Part shown: piece after piece, positions 12,272 through 25,084 of the stretch
Layout of the letters: each line of letters begins with the position of its first letter
Position numbering within the stretch: the first letter of the stretch is position 1
Assembly (NCBI RefSeq): GCF_052425735.1
Contig: NC_135768.1
Location: forward strand, 16,926,001 to 16,990,000
DNA: 64,000 nucleotides
Source: Oculina patagonica
Lineage: Eukaryota
Direction of reading: 5' to 3'
Position numbers and translations under genes: made by a program
The notes under the pieces: generated by a model
Seen by the model: the letters and a program-made list of their open reading frames with translations, nothing else
The model's database searches: none
Told to the model about the DNA's origin: nothing

Positions 12272-12854
12272 AAAGTTGACCGCGGAAGGTCAATATTTGC
12301 ATATTTAACCGAATTCGAAAAGTTCTCACGTCGCTCTTAATCATTTGCCCAAAGAAAATTTTACAGGGATTTATACACCATTCTTCTAACATTCAACCAC
12401 CAGAAGCTTAAACGATTTGAAGGTTTCGCACATGGTGAAAATTAATTTTATTTACCAAGTACTTTTACTTCAGTGAATTGTATGCCTTCGAAATTAAATT
12501 ATTTTGTCTACAAAGAACAACGCAATATTTCCCAAAATCATTTCAGTAGATGTTTAGAGATTGCTAACTATGGTTTGAGTGTTTAAAAGACGGTAGAGTG
12601 ATTTGTTTTTGCACGCGAGGCTCTCAAACTCGTGCAATAATCATGAATAATTTAGCGCCTCAAATGACGATTTTAACGGATTTTCGTCATTTGCATTTTT
12701 CTTTAAAATAAAAGGATATTCCATCGAAAGAACTATACAGTGATTTGAGTTATACCCTAGCCTATCTAACATAAAAGTATGAAAGAAATCGAAGTTCCAT
12801 CCTCTTGCCACGAAATGTTGGATTCTAAGCGACCGGCATTCTTAAACCTTTTTA

Positions 12855-12990
12855 TAATTCCATCTTGTTCTGAGGTTTTGCGTAGTTTTAACTGAAAATT
12901 TCCTTGACAGCGAAATCGCAAACACTTATTCAATTAGCTCTTGTAAGAGAGCCCTTAAGAAAAACATTACGTCGATCTATGAATAAAATT
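12855..12990 (+). repeat. ~135-bp direct repeat, copy 2
   Basis: Matches 7415-7550. Confidence 0.9.
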
Positions 12991-14159
12991 TTAATTTTCT
13001 ACTTTTTATTTACTTAGCGACTTCATTGAGGCCACATAACCAACTGTGTGCTCAGTCAACTTAGTTTAATTGGGAAAGTCGAACCACGCATAAGCTTTTT
13101 AGTTTCCTTTCGCCACTTTTCCTTTGTTACTTATTAAAATTATTTCATTGTATCCATAAAATAATTTTAAAAATATAAAGTAAAAATTAGTATGTTTATT
13201 GCACGTTAGTGTAAGCTGCCAAATATTTATTGATTGAATTAGTCTTAGTTTACAAAAAAAGACATATCATTTTGGAGAGAGCTGCTTGAATATTTACTAA
13301 TGAAATCACTTGAAATGAATTTATACTAAAGAAAATGTTGGAGCTAGTTTCTAAATACATGCCATGCAAGGAAAGGATATCAAAATACCCGGCGTCAAAA
13401 TTTAAGATCTATTTTTAAGTGTTTCTTGCTATTTTCATTCTTTACATAATTTTGTTCTCTAGCTTAAATGCAGGTGAAAATCCTTTGTTTTTATTTCTAA
13501 CCAAAACTAAAGCATCGTCTGCATGGGTTTTTGTTGGAAGTGTTGTTCACAGTGGTTTATTGGACGTTTTTGCGATAAAAACCGCCATTTTGAAAATGAG
13601 GCAAACGTTTCGCTAAATATAGAGTTGGTATGGTAATTTTTGAGATTTCGTTGTCAAATAACTTTCAGAAAATTGAATTTCTGCGTTGTTTATGGATCAT
13701 GTTTTCGTTGTATGATGAGGAAATGTCCACAATCTTGATCTATCAATGTGTGAATTTCGTGTGTGATATGCTCCCTCTCAAGGAAAGCGTGGCTTTCTGT
13801 GATTTCACACTGCTTGATTTTATGATCACCAATAAACTGCCCCCAAGGAACGAAAGCTTCCTAACGAAAAGACTGGCACTCGTTTACTTGCTACACAATC
13901 ATTACGCAAAATGAAGACTTGCTCTGACGGCCTTCTACCTGAACTGAATTTGTTCAGATTTCGTCTTCTTCAGCTTTTATATAATTACTTTTCTCCGCCC
14001 CGATTTGCCCCAAGCATCCCGCTAGTTGTCTTCACTATTTCTTATCAGTTTCCTTCTAGTTCCATCATTTTTTACCTTTTTTGGTATTATATATACCTCC
14101 TACGTTTATAAGGTGACTCACTTTAGGGGCTGCGTTTACTACTAACTTTAAAGTTCATG

Positions 14160-14330
14160 TTTATACCTTGTTCCCAACAAAATTTCCTTTTTTTCCTGTG
14201 TTCCCTAAACGTATTTCGTCGATTTTGGTGTTCCCTGTTCCCTCAAAATATGCTTTTGTTTCCGCGGTCCGAGTTTTATTTTCCTTTTGTTCCCATGCTT
14301 GTTCCCAAAAAGCTGAAGGCCATGTTTCCT
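14160..14330. repeat. TGTTCCC-rich subterminal-repeat remnant of a MITE
   Basis: About seven TGTTCC(C) motifs in 170 bp. Confidence 0.5.
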
Positions 14331-14543
14331 ATAAAACCTAAACTTAACCTCACTTTGGCTTGAATCCGAGACAGCGATCTTCAACGATGTCTCCCGATGC
14401 GAATAATTAAACACTCTTGTTTCCAGTGTGAATGTCTAAAAATGTTTGTATGATCAACTTCTACGTACCATCTGTGTCCTTCGATCTAGATCTGGAGGCC
14501 TGGAGTGCTGGAGCTAGGTCTGAATCTGGACAGATCTCCTCAC

Positions 14544-14695
14544 CGGGGGAAAAAACGTTCGCCTTATAACCAGGTCATTCATAAAGCTTTCACAATAACC
14601 GTCCACTGTGCCGTTTGCTGTTGTTGTTGCTCTGCGAGGCGGTGGAGCCGATAACGACCCTTTTGATCGCATATTTTGTGTCAAGAAGGTTTTAA
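14544..14695 (-). CDS. Putative exon 2 of type II membrane protein paralog B
   Basis: Acceptor ATTTAG| in phase 1, matching the exon-1 donor, gives ..Q-VKTFLTQNMRSKGSLSAPPPRRATTTANGTVDGYCESFMNDLVIRRTFFPP |GTGAGG, a Pro/Thr-rich stem. It may instead extend with frameshifts to ~14350. Confidence 0.4.
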
Positions 14696-15399
14696 CTAAA
14701 TAATCTGACAAGATGTGCAAAGAATTCTATAGACTCTTGACACTCTATTATATTGTCCGAGACCTTTTTCTTAGTCAAATTTACGTGCAACGATGCACAC
14801 CGTGCACTTTTGTTATGAAACGAGAAATTTAAACTAAAAATGATGATACCTTGCAATTTTACTTTAAGTCAGAAAAAATGAAATTAAAAAAGAACGTAAG
14901 AAGTAGATTCGATGACAACTTAACGCATCAACAAAACTAAATTTGCTGGAATCATAGTGTAGTTCTCGTAGTCTAGTTCTGTTTAAGAACTGCCGACGTC
15001 TCGTAAAGCAAAGGATCTAATCGTTGAGACTTTTATCGACAGAACAAGAAGTTAACCGTAAAACTGACATGCATATGACAACAAACTGCTTTTCAGTTGC
15101 AAAGTAAATAGCAAAATAATAATTTTTTTTGCTAATAGACCGCGTTGGTTACGTGCAAGCTTAAAAGAGCTTAAAAGTTTGTCCGCTACCGACACGCAAA
15201 GCTTGACGAGAAATAATTGCGCCTAAATCTTAGACATTCAGGGAGCCAAAATAAATGAACAAAGTAGATCCAATTGAATATTAGGTTTACTTCCTCTAAA
15301 TGACAACCACAGCATGAAAACATAAACTTTTTAGGCATAATTTCAGAAAACCTTGAAATATTTAGGCACATATTTTATAGTATCCATTTATAAAGCTTA

Positions 15400-15520
15400 T
15401 ATATATTCATTTTTCGTTTTCTTTTATTGCTATTTTATGTTCACGCACATGTTTTAACGAGCGCTTGCTCGTAAATGTTGTGTGGGTAAATAAAGTATTG
15501 TACCGTTTTGTATTGTATAT
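15400..15520 (+). mobile_element. LINE 3' tail remnant
   Basis: Stem-loop ACGAGCGCTTGCTCGT followed by AATAAA and a degenerate (TATTG)n tail. Confidence 0.5.
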
Positions 15521-15591
15521 TATCAGTCGATCTGATGCCTTATTTAGTTATCTGGGTAGTAACAGCACAAACGAGTTAACGTTTCACAGAC

Positions 15592-15736
15592 CTTGTATAT
15601 TTGCTGTGCTCCAGTACCGTGAATCCGCAGGCAACCCTTCCAGGACATTGTAGTTTATAAAAGTGATGAAGACGAAGGAAATCGTTGAAAACACGAGAAG
15701 CAAACGACCACGTCTTCTTCGCAGCAACCACGACAT
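15592..15736 (-). CDS. Putative first coding exon of a type II membrane protein, paralog B
   Basis: MSWLLRRRRGRLLLVFSTISFVFITFINYNVLEGLPADSRYWSTANIQ ending at donor CAAG|GTCTGT; homologous to 2053-2200. Confidence 0.65.
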
Positions 15737-16004
15737 TGTTAATTTACATATGGAGGAAGAACTTGAATCCTCAACAAATTCATCCACTCGCAGTAGCGGA
15801 AACTGCAGTGGGCTCAGTTGCAGAGAGCTAAAGGAAAGACAATGAACTTTTAAACAGTTTTAAGCACTTTTAAGCTTCAAGTAATCAGAGAAATGCCCTT
15901 CAAAGGAACAGTGTCAGCTATGTGTAAGTTTGGGCTACCTTCTTTACTATCGTTATCTGTTTTGTGGAATACGCGCAACATTATCAATCCATATCGTACT
16001 GTCT

Positions 16005-16220
16005 AGCGTTACCAAACATTGGAAGAGGCAACGGAGTGGACCGTCCGGAATGGGCCGGAATGAAAGCTGAATAACATAACATTATGAATGGACCAGAATG
16101 ATCGGGAATGAGATCAGAATGGACTGGAACGAGCTGTAAGGTACCAGAATGGACCCGAATTAACCAGAATGAGCCGGAATAAGACTGAAAAGGAGCATAC
16201 AGACAGATAAGATAAGATAA

Positions 16221-16265
<45 letters not shown>

Positions 16266-16391
16266 GGTTACTGACCTCACGAAAATCCAATGTATGGACC
16301 TGAATGGTGTCATTCCAGTTTTACTGATTTATTCCGGCCCATTCTGACTCATTCCGTTTCTTCCAATTTCATTCCTATGTTTAGTAACGCC
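16005..16391. mobile_element. MITE with ~10-bp GGACCGGAAT-like subterminal arrays, interrupted by a LINE tail
   Basis: TIR GCGTTACCAAACATTGGAA / TTCCTATGTTTAGTAACGC; GGAAT units on the left and ATTCC units on the right; (GATAA)5-CTTTATTT at 16206-16240 is a minus-strand AATAAA+(TTATC)n LINE tail. Confidence 0.75.
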
Positions 16392-16432
16392 TAAACCGTG
16401 CTGACTTGCCTTCGTAGCGCTTAACTACATGA

Positions 16433-17071
16433 TTAAGGAGGAGGGCGTTTGGATTTTCGGTTTTGAGGATTTTCCGGCCGGTTTCGGTGTCTTTTGTGGT
16501 TTGCACTTCTCCTTTTTTAAGCATTTGGTTTTCGTTTTTCAGCAAAAATTAAAAAAAAATAATGGTTTTTCGGATTTGGTGTCCGACATGGCTTTCAGTT
16601 TAATATTTTTCCAATGTGGTTTCCAGTTTCTCTTCGGCAATCATGATTTCAATTATAGACCAACCGCTTGCCAAGTTCTCGAAGCTGTAATGTGAGTTTT
16701 TTTTTTGGATTTTCAATGGATGCTTTCAGAGCTATAGTTTTTGTGATCGGAAAATTCCCCCAAAGTCCTGTATTCAGTAGACGATTTTTGCGATTTTTTG
16801 ACTACTTCAAACAGAGACTAAAGAAGATGTGCAGGATTCGGGACCATGCCATGCACAAATGCCGTGAAGAAAAACGTTTTTCAGTATGCTCCCCGAGTCG
16901 CCAATGTATCAGAACGATTAGAGTTTTAGAAATTTGGTGTGTCAAGTTTGGGTTCTGATGGTTTTATAGGCGGTGTTCGGTTTTAATAATATTTTTTTCA
17001 GTTTTGCTGTTTTGGATGTATTTTTGGGCAATTTTGCGGTTTTCAATAGGCCCCAACGTCCCTCTTATTAA
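16433..17071. mobile_element. Non-autonomous DNA transposon with CGGTTT subterminal repeats
   Basis: Imperfect TIR TTAAGGAGGAGGGCGTTTGG / CCAACGTCCCTCTTATTAA; many CGGTTT/GGTTTT motifs. Confidence 0.55.
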
Positions 17072-18354
17072 GACTGAGGATTTTTTTTTCCACTCCGGAC
17101 AAATCAGATGATTCGGTTACCTTGATGTGTTAAAATTTATTCGTTTTTTTCGAATTCATACGTTCTAGGAAAATGTTTAGAGATTTGTAGAGATTTGTAG
17201 AAAAAACAGTTTGGACCTCAAAATCACATGTTATGATAAAAATTATCGAGAACTTTCCTCGCTAATTTTTATCCCTTAGTGTTTATCTAAATTTAATCAC
17301 AATAACATTTTGCTATGAAAAACCAATTAGAAGTCCATCAACCTACGCTTCCTCTATTCATGATTAAAAAGCGTAAGTATATATACCCCCCAACAAAATC
17401 AGTCACGATATTGACACCCCATTTCTCGGGTACAAAGCTAATAAATGTAAGTTGAAGTTCAAATTTAAACTTCAGGATTTTTGAAATTCAAAGGCGAATG
17501 ATGAGATTCGAACTCTACTTTCGAACTTCGCCATGCATGACAACGGCTTTTACAACATTGCTGGATTTAAATGGACAAGCGTATTCACACTACAGTGACA
17601 TGTTCAATATCTGCTTACGTTTCTTTGAACGTACTTGAGAACAATGACAGGCAAAGGTAATTTGATGCAGAATACACGACGTAATATCCAACGAATGACG
17701 TCTTCAATAATTTTAAAGTATTGTTTAGGACAAGGAGCCCTGTCGAGCAAAGTGGATTCATATTAATTAATTTAACTTCAGAGAAAAGGCCAAACGGATT
17801 AAATTATGCTACGTTTTTAAGAAGCATTAAACTAGTACAGGCCGTCTTTCCACTACAGATAACATAAATTTCTGAATCATTTCATGTTTATGTTGTGTAA
17901 ATGTCGGTTGCTTCTTTCTCACAAATAGAAAAAAAAAACTGTCAGTGTCTTGTATTATGTTTCACCCGCGAGATTGCGAAAGAAAAAAATAGCAATATTT
18001 CAAGGCTAATAAACAATTTAGCCTTGTATTCCCGGCAAAGAAAGGTTTAGCAAAACAACGTTGAAACACAATAGATGTTTGTGTCATTAATTCCAAAAGA
18101 AATTAAAAATATCAAATATAACCATTCGCTTTCACGTGAAATTCATATTGAGCTGAAGTTTTTTTTCTCCAAAAATAGATATCAAATATCACGAAAGTGA
18201 CTGATATAAGATTCCACTTCAAACTGAATTGACATTTTAACATTCTTATTTAATTATAAAGGGACAAGATGTGTGGGTTAGTTTGTGTTGGCTTGATTTC
18301 GTACACTGAGTGAAAGTTGAGACAGTTGTACAAAAGTAAGAAACAACTTTAATA

Positions 18355-19260
18355 ATGTGGAACTATTCCAGCGAAACTGGAACCAAATCCACAGCAATGA
18401 ATGGTTCACAGATGTTCAAAAATTCTTCAATGCCTGAGACTATCGTCATCATAAACTGTGTTATAAACGCTCCATTGATGCTGACATCCATTATTGGCAA
18501 CACTCTGGTGCTAGCCGCCATTTTGAGAACTCCTTCGCTTCGTTCACCGTCCATAATGTTTCTTAGCAGTCTGGCTGTTTCAGACCTTCTCGTTGGTTTC
18601 TTCGTTCAACCACTTTATATTGCTAGTGGGTTAACAAGAATTCATCACCTAGACAATTTGTGGTTCATGGTATCATTTGCTACATGTGGTATTTCTCTTT
18701 GTTCCATAACAGCTATCAGCGTCGATCGCTTTTTGGCTCTTCATTATCACATGCGCTACCCGACCTTAGTGACTAGATCCCGCGCCATTTGGACACTGGT
18801 AATAATGTGGATTTTAATTTTTCTTCTGGCGGGAATTTACTATTTAGATCGGAATGTATATTTTCTGGTTATAGCTCTTGGAGTTGGCTTATGCCTCTTA
18901 ATCTCGATCGTCGCTTACATAGGAATTTACCGAATAGTTCGTCATCAGCAATTACAAATTCATACTCAGCAGCAAGCAGTACAAGCAGCGACTGAAGAGG
19001 TCTCCAGTTTAAAGCAGCTAAAGAGGAGTGCATTAAACTCTTTTGTGTTTTTCATTGTAATGGTTTTATTCTATGCTCCAATGTCTGTTGCAATGTCTCT
19101 TTATCTCATCACAAAAGACTGGGAACAAGCTTGGAGCTTTGCAACAACGGCAGTGTTCATGAACTCGGCAATTAATCCGTTGCTTTATTGCTGGCGGCTT
19201 GGGAAGCTACGAAAAGCAGTTGTAAAGACAGTGAAGAAAATGTTGTCTAAACAACCATAA
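18355..19260 (+). CDS. Intronless class A GPCR, 301 aa (R2)
   Basis: 7TM; GNTLV, LAVSDLLVG, DRFLALHYHMRY, NSAINPLLYCWR. Confidence 0.96.
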   Translation: MWNYSSETGTKSTAMNGSQMFKNSSMPETIVIINCVINAPLMLTSIIGNTLVLAAILRTPSLRSPSIMFLSSLAVSDLLVGFFVQPLYIASGLTRIHHLDNLWFMVSFATCGISLCSITAISVDRFLALHYHMRYPTLVTRSRAIWTLVIMWILIFLLAGIYYLDRNVYFLVIALGVGLCLLISIVAYIGIYRIVRHQQLQIHTQQQAVQAATEEVSSLKQLKRSALNSFVFFIVMVLFYAPMSVAMSLYLITKDWEQAWSFATTAVFMNSAINPLLYCWRLGKLRKAVVKTVKKMLSKQP

Positions 19261-20019
19261 ATAACAGAAAAAACACTCTTTGACTCTTACATGGACTTAA
19301 TTGTTACTGCATCAAAAGGTTAATGATACCACAAAAAACTGAGGAACTATATTTTAATGACATCAAGAACAGTAATCAAAAGAAATGACTATTTCTTTGT
19401 GTTTTACATGTTATTAAATGTCATTATGTTTACATTTTAATCTAAAATCAATTTGTCCAACAGTAAACACATAAAATTTAATTTAAATAAAGATTACCTC
19501 TTGGACGTATTTATGATGTGAGCTGGCAATATTATACTCATCAACAATTTCCGGCTAAAGTGTCTCTTCACCTGTCTATATCTACGAAATTTATGTGACA
19601 TTTCATCCGATGTTACGTACAGAAACTATAAAATTAAAAATTATAAGTACCTTTTAATATACCAAAATAGTTTGCTAACTTGTTTAGTTGATGTTAGCAA
19701 TGTTCACATTAATGCAAAAAAATGATGTCTGTATACTACTATTCTTTGAAGATAAAAGATACACTCGAAAGAACAATATCTCTCTTTCATTAAAACCTTC
19801 CCATTAACCTTTGTAGGGGGTTTTCACAGAGACCATCTTGGCACAACAGGATGCGTGTGCATAAAAATTGAAGTCATATTGCCAAAATTAATGAGAGAAA
19901 TTTTTTTTTGTTCAATATGTCCCTCGTGAGCCGGTGACGTCATTTTACGATTTTTGTACTACTAAAAACAAACTAAAATTAACCCAGAATGGTGTAGGGA
20001 ATTGTTGGCTTAGTGGGAA

Positions 20020-20150
20020 GGTGGTTCTAGCTTTTAATTTTGTAGACGAAACTTTATATTGTTACTATTTAAATGAAAGCTATTGAGTAGTACATTCATG
20101 CGGTACTGTTCATTATGTTGTAAATGTGTGGTTCTAACTTTTAAAAAAGT
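20020..20150 (+). repeat. Remnant of the ~104-bp AATGAAAGCTATTGAG.. minisatellite-type repeat
   Basis: AAATGAAAGCTATTGAGTAGTACATTCATGCGGTACTGTTCATTATGTTGT..GTGGTTCTAACTTTTAA, with GGTTCTA.CTTTTAA recurring about 108 bp apart; recalled as abundant in scleractinian genomes. Confidence 0.55.
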
Positions 20151-23041
20151 AAACGAAACAGTACTTTTCTGCGCGCAGTGCTGTTTTCGCTTTATTTTGT
20201 TTTTCCGAACTTGTGTAAAATGAAATTTGAGATTTTTTTTATCTTCTGTAAAATCAAATTTGGAACATCTTTATTTTGGAACTTGGTTGCCCTAGTCGTG
20301 GGAACAGAACCCATATTATAAGTGCTAGGTTCCTCTTATTTTTTTTTGACCAGATAGCTACGCAAACCCACACCACTAAACAAAAAAAAAAAAATATATG
20401 GAAGACTGAAACATTCATTGAATAATGAAGTTGCACGCCAGTTCGTGGGCAGGAATAAAATGAAATCAGTGGCAATAGAGCAGATATTCCATGTGACAGT
20501 ACGCTTTGCTTCGCTTAAAATCTTTATCTTGTGCCTTTTTTAAATAGAAATAAAATTATATTTAGAAATGAAAAATTGTAACTTCCTTAATTCCTTATTT
20601 TCCTATATCATGGACCACTTAGAAAATCGCAAAATTAATCTTTCCGCAGTATATTTTGGTACTGTAATTCAGAGACAAATACATTAACATTCTCGAAGCG
20701 TTTTTCTTTCAAATTCACGAAGTTCACTCGAAATTCTTGAATATTTTTTTTGTCAGCATTAAAAGCACTTTATATCTTGTAAAATCTACCTCGTTCATAA
20801 ATGACAAACTTCTGATAAGACAGACAAAATATTTTACGCCAACGTAAGGCCTAGGAAATTTATTTAGCGCTAACAAAGAAATAAACTTTAATTAAAATAC
20901 CCTATAACTTAAAAGAGAGATTTTTCTCAGAGTCTATAAGCGTAATAAATGATTGCCATGGAAACCGTTAGTGTGTGCAACCTAAGACATTTACATTCTA
21001 TTAAAAGTTGGTTTCTTCTATCGTATATACAGAATATTGACTAGAAATTTAAATTTGTCGAGGACATTTTAAATGTCTAGCGCACCGTTTTGTAATAGTG
21101 CACCCTCGCATGGAATCGGAGATTGCTTTCTGATAACTAACCAAGCGCTTGGTAAATTGGGACGTTAGGCCGTTATTTTTATCCCCTGGAACCGCAAAAA
21201 TGTTTGTATATTAAGACCTAGAATTCTACCTTAGTCTGACTTCAGCATAAAGGACAAGAATACATTGTCAGCGATCTACCATTTCAAACAAGTGTTTCTA
21301 AAAAAAAATTGACATTCTCTGAGTGAAAATCCGGATACTGAAACCAAGTGATTGATGCAGCTACTCCCAGAAAATAAAATGGAAAAAATTCAACGTTATT
21401 ATAATATGTCATGTTTCTATATCGTTTTAAGACGGTTATTTTCAGCTAGCAGTATTTGATCTTATCGAGTTATCTATAGCTGAATGACCTGAGTATATTG
21501 AAAGGTCAGAGAGTCAGGAGAGTATAAAGAATCAATACCTGACTCTCTGATATTTTGAACTACAACTTATTTTCTTTCCACGAGATTCTTAGGCAAATTT
21601 ATTTTTTCTGAAAATTGTCTCTGTCTTTTTGGGAGTTTTGAATGGATGTATGTAGTTGGACATTTTGCGTCCATATTACATTTTTCCCAAATTCAAAATG
21701 GCCTGCGTTGCGTGTTTCGTTTGAATCATATATAAAACTGTGGTAAAACAAACTTAAAGCTCAACAATAGGTCTTAAAAAAACAATGCCAACTCTAGAAG
21801 AAGTGATATGATCGGTGTTATGACATTTGCATTTGTGTAGGCATGAATCACGCGTTTGAGAGGCTCTTTTGATATTTATTGCATTTAAATTGCGTTTTTG
21901 GTCAAAGGGAAGGAACAAACCAAGTCACCAAGTCTTCAAAAATACACTTGGTAGATCAGAGCTGCAACAAACTTGTACTTTGAATATTTTGCTTTGCATT
22001 ATTTTATTTCTAAAATGGAAAATCCAAAAAAATAGCCAGTCATGTCTTTGTAGTTGGATCTTAAGCAACAGGTACTGAAGTCCCCTCCTCCAAAAGTTTC
22101 ACACGTCCTCTTTCAGCCGTGTGGGAGTATCTTTCGCCCTTAGTATTAATGGTCTTTTTGTGGTAAAAACTTGTTATCTTTTGCTGTATCTTATAGCTTG
22201 GGAAACCGCAGGTTTCCTTCCTTGCGGGCGTGGGCGCCTAGCATGTCTAGCTAATTTTTGTTTCTCACGCAAAGCAGATAACCACTCAAATGAATTTGTA
22301 TCTTCATGCATTGTTAATAGTGGCACAAAATTGACTTGAAAATGTGCTGAGGCAAATCGAGCCGATGAGAGAATCGTCGTTTTAAGATAATTATCGCATT
22401 TGCCAAGGAACACAGAATTAATGATTCATAGGTAACTTTCTTCGTTTGTTTTAACTTTGCCTCAATATTTACTAGGAATTATTTCCATAAATAACCGGGT
22501 CAAAGAGGACGGAATGAAGCGTTTTCTGATCACCAGCAAGCTCTCGAAACATCTGCCCGCACTTGCAATAACTGACGTAATACATTTTGAGCTGATTTTG
22601 AGATAACAAGAGATATATTTGCATCCAAACTTCTAAGAGCAAAGAGAACGGAACCGTCTGGCACGCAAGTTAACATTTCATGTTTAGCATGATTCATGAG
22701 AAAGAATCATATTCGTGGAAAGACGCATATATATGTTTACAAAAAAAAGAGCTTTAAAAAGCTTTTTGTTGTTTGCAAAATTCCCATCTATTCCTTCAGT
22801 AATACCGTAAACATTCGACTTATCTCTTCTTTCTTATGGATTGGTTGAGAGGCAACTTTATTACCTAATTACCTACAAACAATTCCACAGAGATAATACT
22901 CTGTTCATGCGCCGCTATCGCAAACCAAACTAGACCATGCGAAGTATTATCCGTACTCCGTGGGCATTGAGACCATAACACAGAGCCGCTACATCTTAAA
23001 AATAGTTATTAAGAATATCATTACAAAAACAAGCTCTGAAT

Positions 23042-23220
23042 CAGAGGCGGAGGAACGTTTTGAAAGGTGTGTGCCCAGCGTACTCCAAGCCAAGCGCATA
23101 CCCCCCGCCTCCCGTGGGGGGTGCATCCCCCTACGGTACTGAAATGTGGGGGGCTGAGCCCCAAAATTTTAGTTTAAAGGGGCTACAGCCCCCTATTCCC
23201 AACCTCTGCTCCGCCGCCTA
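23042..23220. mobile_element. GC-rich MITE, hAT-like
   Basis: Termini CAGAGGCGGAG / CTCCGCCGCCT; internal GGGGGCTGAGCCCC and GGGGCTACAGCCCC hairpins; degenerate flanks TCTGAAT/TATGAAT. Confidence 0.6.
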
Positions 23221-25084
23221 TATGAATAGAGATCTTGACCGTATTAAATCAAGTGTAGCTGAGCCTGAAACGTGCCAATGAACTACATTAACTGAACCGT
23301 TTTATCCTAAAACGTTCGCTTTGATAAGCAAAATCTCCACAAATGGTCTTGAAGTGATTAATTCAGGAGTGGTATAAAGGGATTGAATTTGATTGCTAGA
23401 TCACTCGATCGTAAAAAGTTTACCAAGACTGACAGGTTCTGTACCATTTCTTTTGGAGATTCGAGTGTATTCAAACCTAGAATGTGGTCGGGCATAGCAC
23501 GCACACCTTGGAGTCTTAGTATCATCTAGAATAACAGAGTCAGGACTTCTCGGCCAAAGAAATTGCAGCTTTCCAAGTTCACCTCTGGTAGTTATTTTTA
23601 AATAAGCCTTGAACTTACAAATTACGAAACAGTTTAATTCGTAAACGGATGCAAGAGACTATTCATGGCAGATCAGTTCATTTTTAAATTAGAATTCAGC
23701 AAACTAAATAATAAAACCGGTTGTTGTTTTAATGTGTGTGGCACTTTTTCTTTAAGATCTAGCCAAGTGCTAATCTATCTTATCGAAATTACATATGTCA
23801 CGGTTGAACACCTCTATTAGTTACAATGGACGTCCAATATACCGTTTTAAACTAAACATCTGTAGAAAACGCCCGTCATGCCTGATTTCCATATCTTTTC
23901 ATCATGTAACTCAGAAAATAATGAAGTGCAACTCCGAAACGACATGTGAGCAATATGGTTAAAAGGTATACTAAAATCCCGCAGGCAGAAGTGTCAGAGT
24001 GCAAGATAACTGTAAATGCAGAATGGCGTGCTCAGCCAATCAGGAGCGAGTAATTTTACCTCGATTAAAAACATAGCCTTCGTGTATGTTTAAGTCACAC
24101 CTGCTAGTTTCACCAACAAGCCGCGCTTTCGAAGTGCAAACTTGTAAATTTTATCGTGAAAACTGCGCGAAGATGGCAGAGGTTTGAGAATAATTCGCGT
24201 AAACGAGGCCTTCGTGGTAAATTTTGAGCATATTTTACTTAAAAGTTGTCATGCATAAGGCCTATTGAAGATATTTAAAACAAGCCTATTGGCCAATCAA
24301 TCGTTATTCAGTTTAAAGACTCTAATTAACACTGTGAACAGCATGTTCGCGCGCGCAAAATATTGTTTTTAGCACATCTGCACCATAAGATTTCCAATGC
24401 TATAATTAAATTTTGTCTCTTTTCTAACCGTAAATTTAATTTGATCTGATAAAAAGAAATTTGTAATTTTGTTTCTGAGCGTCTGGTACTTTCTTAAAAC
24501 AATTTTCTAGCCACTATAAGTAACAGCTGGCTGTCTTTGTCAAATTTCAAAATTTATGAAAATTACAGTGAATAATTAGAAGTGGTCATAAGAGAGAGAT
24601 ATAACAACATCCGGCACTCCTTGCATTAAACGACAACCGGTTATTTCGTGTTCCTGTGTGGCAAGATGTTACGAGAGTTCTGTCATTTGGAGTCGTTGTT
24701 AGCTTTGGATTTTACAGTAAAACGAATTTCAGTTCGATCTAAAATTGAAAGATAAACACGAACAGGGTTGATGCACTGCAAAACGCAGCAAAGTTATCTT
24801 CGACCATTTCAAGGTGGCTTAACAGCACACATGCGGAGAAGACAAATACTAAACGTACGAATAGTATATTTGAGATCTTTGTGAAATTTCGCTTGGTTTT
24901 CGCCGTTTTATGGAACCTGTTTCGTAAATTACTTTCAAGGAGCATCTATAGTGATGACTAAATATGAGTACATGTAAATGACAAACGCATTTAACAAATA
25001 CTGGAAAGTCCATAATGAAGACACAATCGTTTAGACTATAGAATTAACATAAGTTTATGTTCATTCGAAGACAGCGTCGCAATC

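Noticed and set aside
16025-16380. Regularly spaced GGAAT repeats as a CRISPR-like array
   Set aside because: The context is eukaryotic, the ~10-bp units have no unique spacers, and the array is bounded by MITE TIRs.
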